A DNA stretch of 64,000 nt from Patescibacteria group bacterium (lineage in GTDB: Bacteria > Patescibacteriota > Microgenomatia > Levybacterales > UBA12049), in the NCBI GenBank assembly GCA_026004395.1, contig BPJB01000001.1, positions 455,343 to 519,342 of the forward strand. The letters run 5' to 3'. A program made the position numbers and the translations under genes. The notes below the pieces were generated by a model that did not search any database, had not been told where the DNA came from, and saw only the letters and a program-made list of their open reading frames with translations. Positions 63,100 to 64,000 of the stretch are shown one piece after another; the stretch's first letter is position 1; each line of letters opens with the position of its first letter.

Positions 63100-63473
63100 T
63101 CATTAAATCTGTTACTGTGACTATATAAAAGTCTTTTTGAATATTTTCAGCTTTATATAACACAAATCTTTATCTATCAGACATTCAAACCTGTCATCAA
63201 GTAATTATTGTTACTGATACTCAAGTTTTGATATCTCTGATAGCTCATCTTTTTTTTGGTAAATCTGTACGTTCTGTTTTCCTCAATTTGGTGAATCTGT
63301 CATCTTGCAATAGTGATAAAAAATTTATGTAATTGCATTTTTTTGAAAAATTGTTAAAAAAATTAATCTTGAATTCGATTATGCGGAACTGTTTTTATTG
63401 CAGTGTAAGACACAACGAGAATCAGAACTACAATGGTAATAATAAATACCTTGTTTGTAGGTCTTTATAGCAT
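63100..63473 (-). pseudogene. Possible decayed gene for a secreted/membrane-anchored protein
   Basis: ATG at 63473 reads ML*RPTNKVFIITIVVLILVVSYTAIKT (signal/TM-like) followed by further stops; 3' boundary approximate. Confidence 0.35.
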
Positions 63474-64000
63474 ATTACTTCCAATATTTAGTAAAAGTTA
63501 AGATTCCTCTTAAAGAAAACTATACAGAACATTTTTTGATTAATTTGTTTTAGGAAATGCAAAACATCTTGTAATCTATAAAAAATTCATAAGAGATTAA
63601 ATAATAAAAAATTTAATCTATTCTTCATACTAATCGCAAATACTCTATTTTAAGGATTGTGAGTTTAAATTATGAAAAGTATAGAGTTATAGGCTTATGA
63701 ATAAAGAATTCAGATTCTTAATTATTGTTTAAATTGATAGTCTTATAGCTGTTATGAAGCCATTAAGTCTGACACCATTATCTATTGAGATTTCCACTAT
63801 TTTTTTAATCATGTATTTATTAGTACTTTAAAGACATCTGCTGAATTTGAAGCCAGAAGTATCGTCAGAAAGGCTTTAGTCATTAATGCTATGTCACTTC
63901 ACAATATTATTCATGTTCTTCTTATTTCTCTACTCATCTGGATAAAAGCATGAAGTACATGAATTAATGGAGTAAGGTGTTTATGTTCCCTTGATGTTTA

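Overview
Low-GC (roughly one third G+C) bacterial chromosome segment using genetic code 11. Gene content and protein style point to a Patescibacteria/CPR genome, most likely Microgenomates (inference: short ATP synthase delta and HolA, eukaryote-type IleRS next to rodA-rplU-rpmA, PolX-PHP, MurT/GatD, many lineage-style orphans). It is mostly housekeeping: ftsA-ftsZ, ileS-rodA-rplU-rpmA-parB, lepB, a complete F0F1 operon, dnaE, gatCAB, murT-gatD, htpX-lemA, polX, pyrG, rplS, pyk, uvrB, lexA, rsmI, a sugar-phosphate/PEP cluster (pgm, IMPase, cupin, PGI/PMI, ppsA, eno, acs), holA, dus and five tRNAs (Val-CAC, Asp-GTC, Gly-CCC, Glu-TTC, Lys-TTT). AT-rich variable patches with orphans and decayed genes follow three tRNAs. 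I saw no CRISPR array, integrase, transposase, intein or rRNA. Strongest observations: (1) many sigma70 promoters sit 5-9 nt from the start codon, implying widespread leaderless mRNAs, while a few genes keep perfect Shine-Dalgarno sites; (2) short ORFs with credible initiation signals run into the D-loop of tRNA-Asp and tRNA-Lys; (3) both cognate-rejection residues of the IleRS editing site are replaced; (4) an intact-looking diguanylate cyclase is wedged between gatB and dnaE with overlapping stop/start; (5) a ~150-nt leader with hairpins and uORFs precedes an Nramp-related Mg transporter module; (6) an acyltransferase plus alpha/beta-hydrolase pair lies beside tRNA-Gly. All calls come from reading motifs by eye; no database searches were run.
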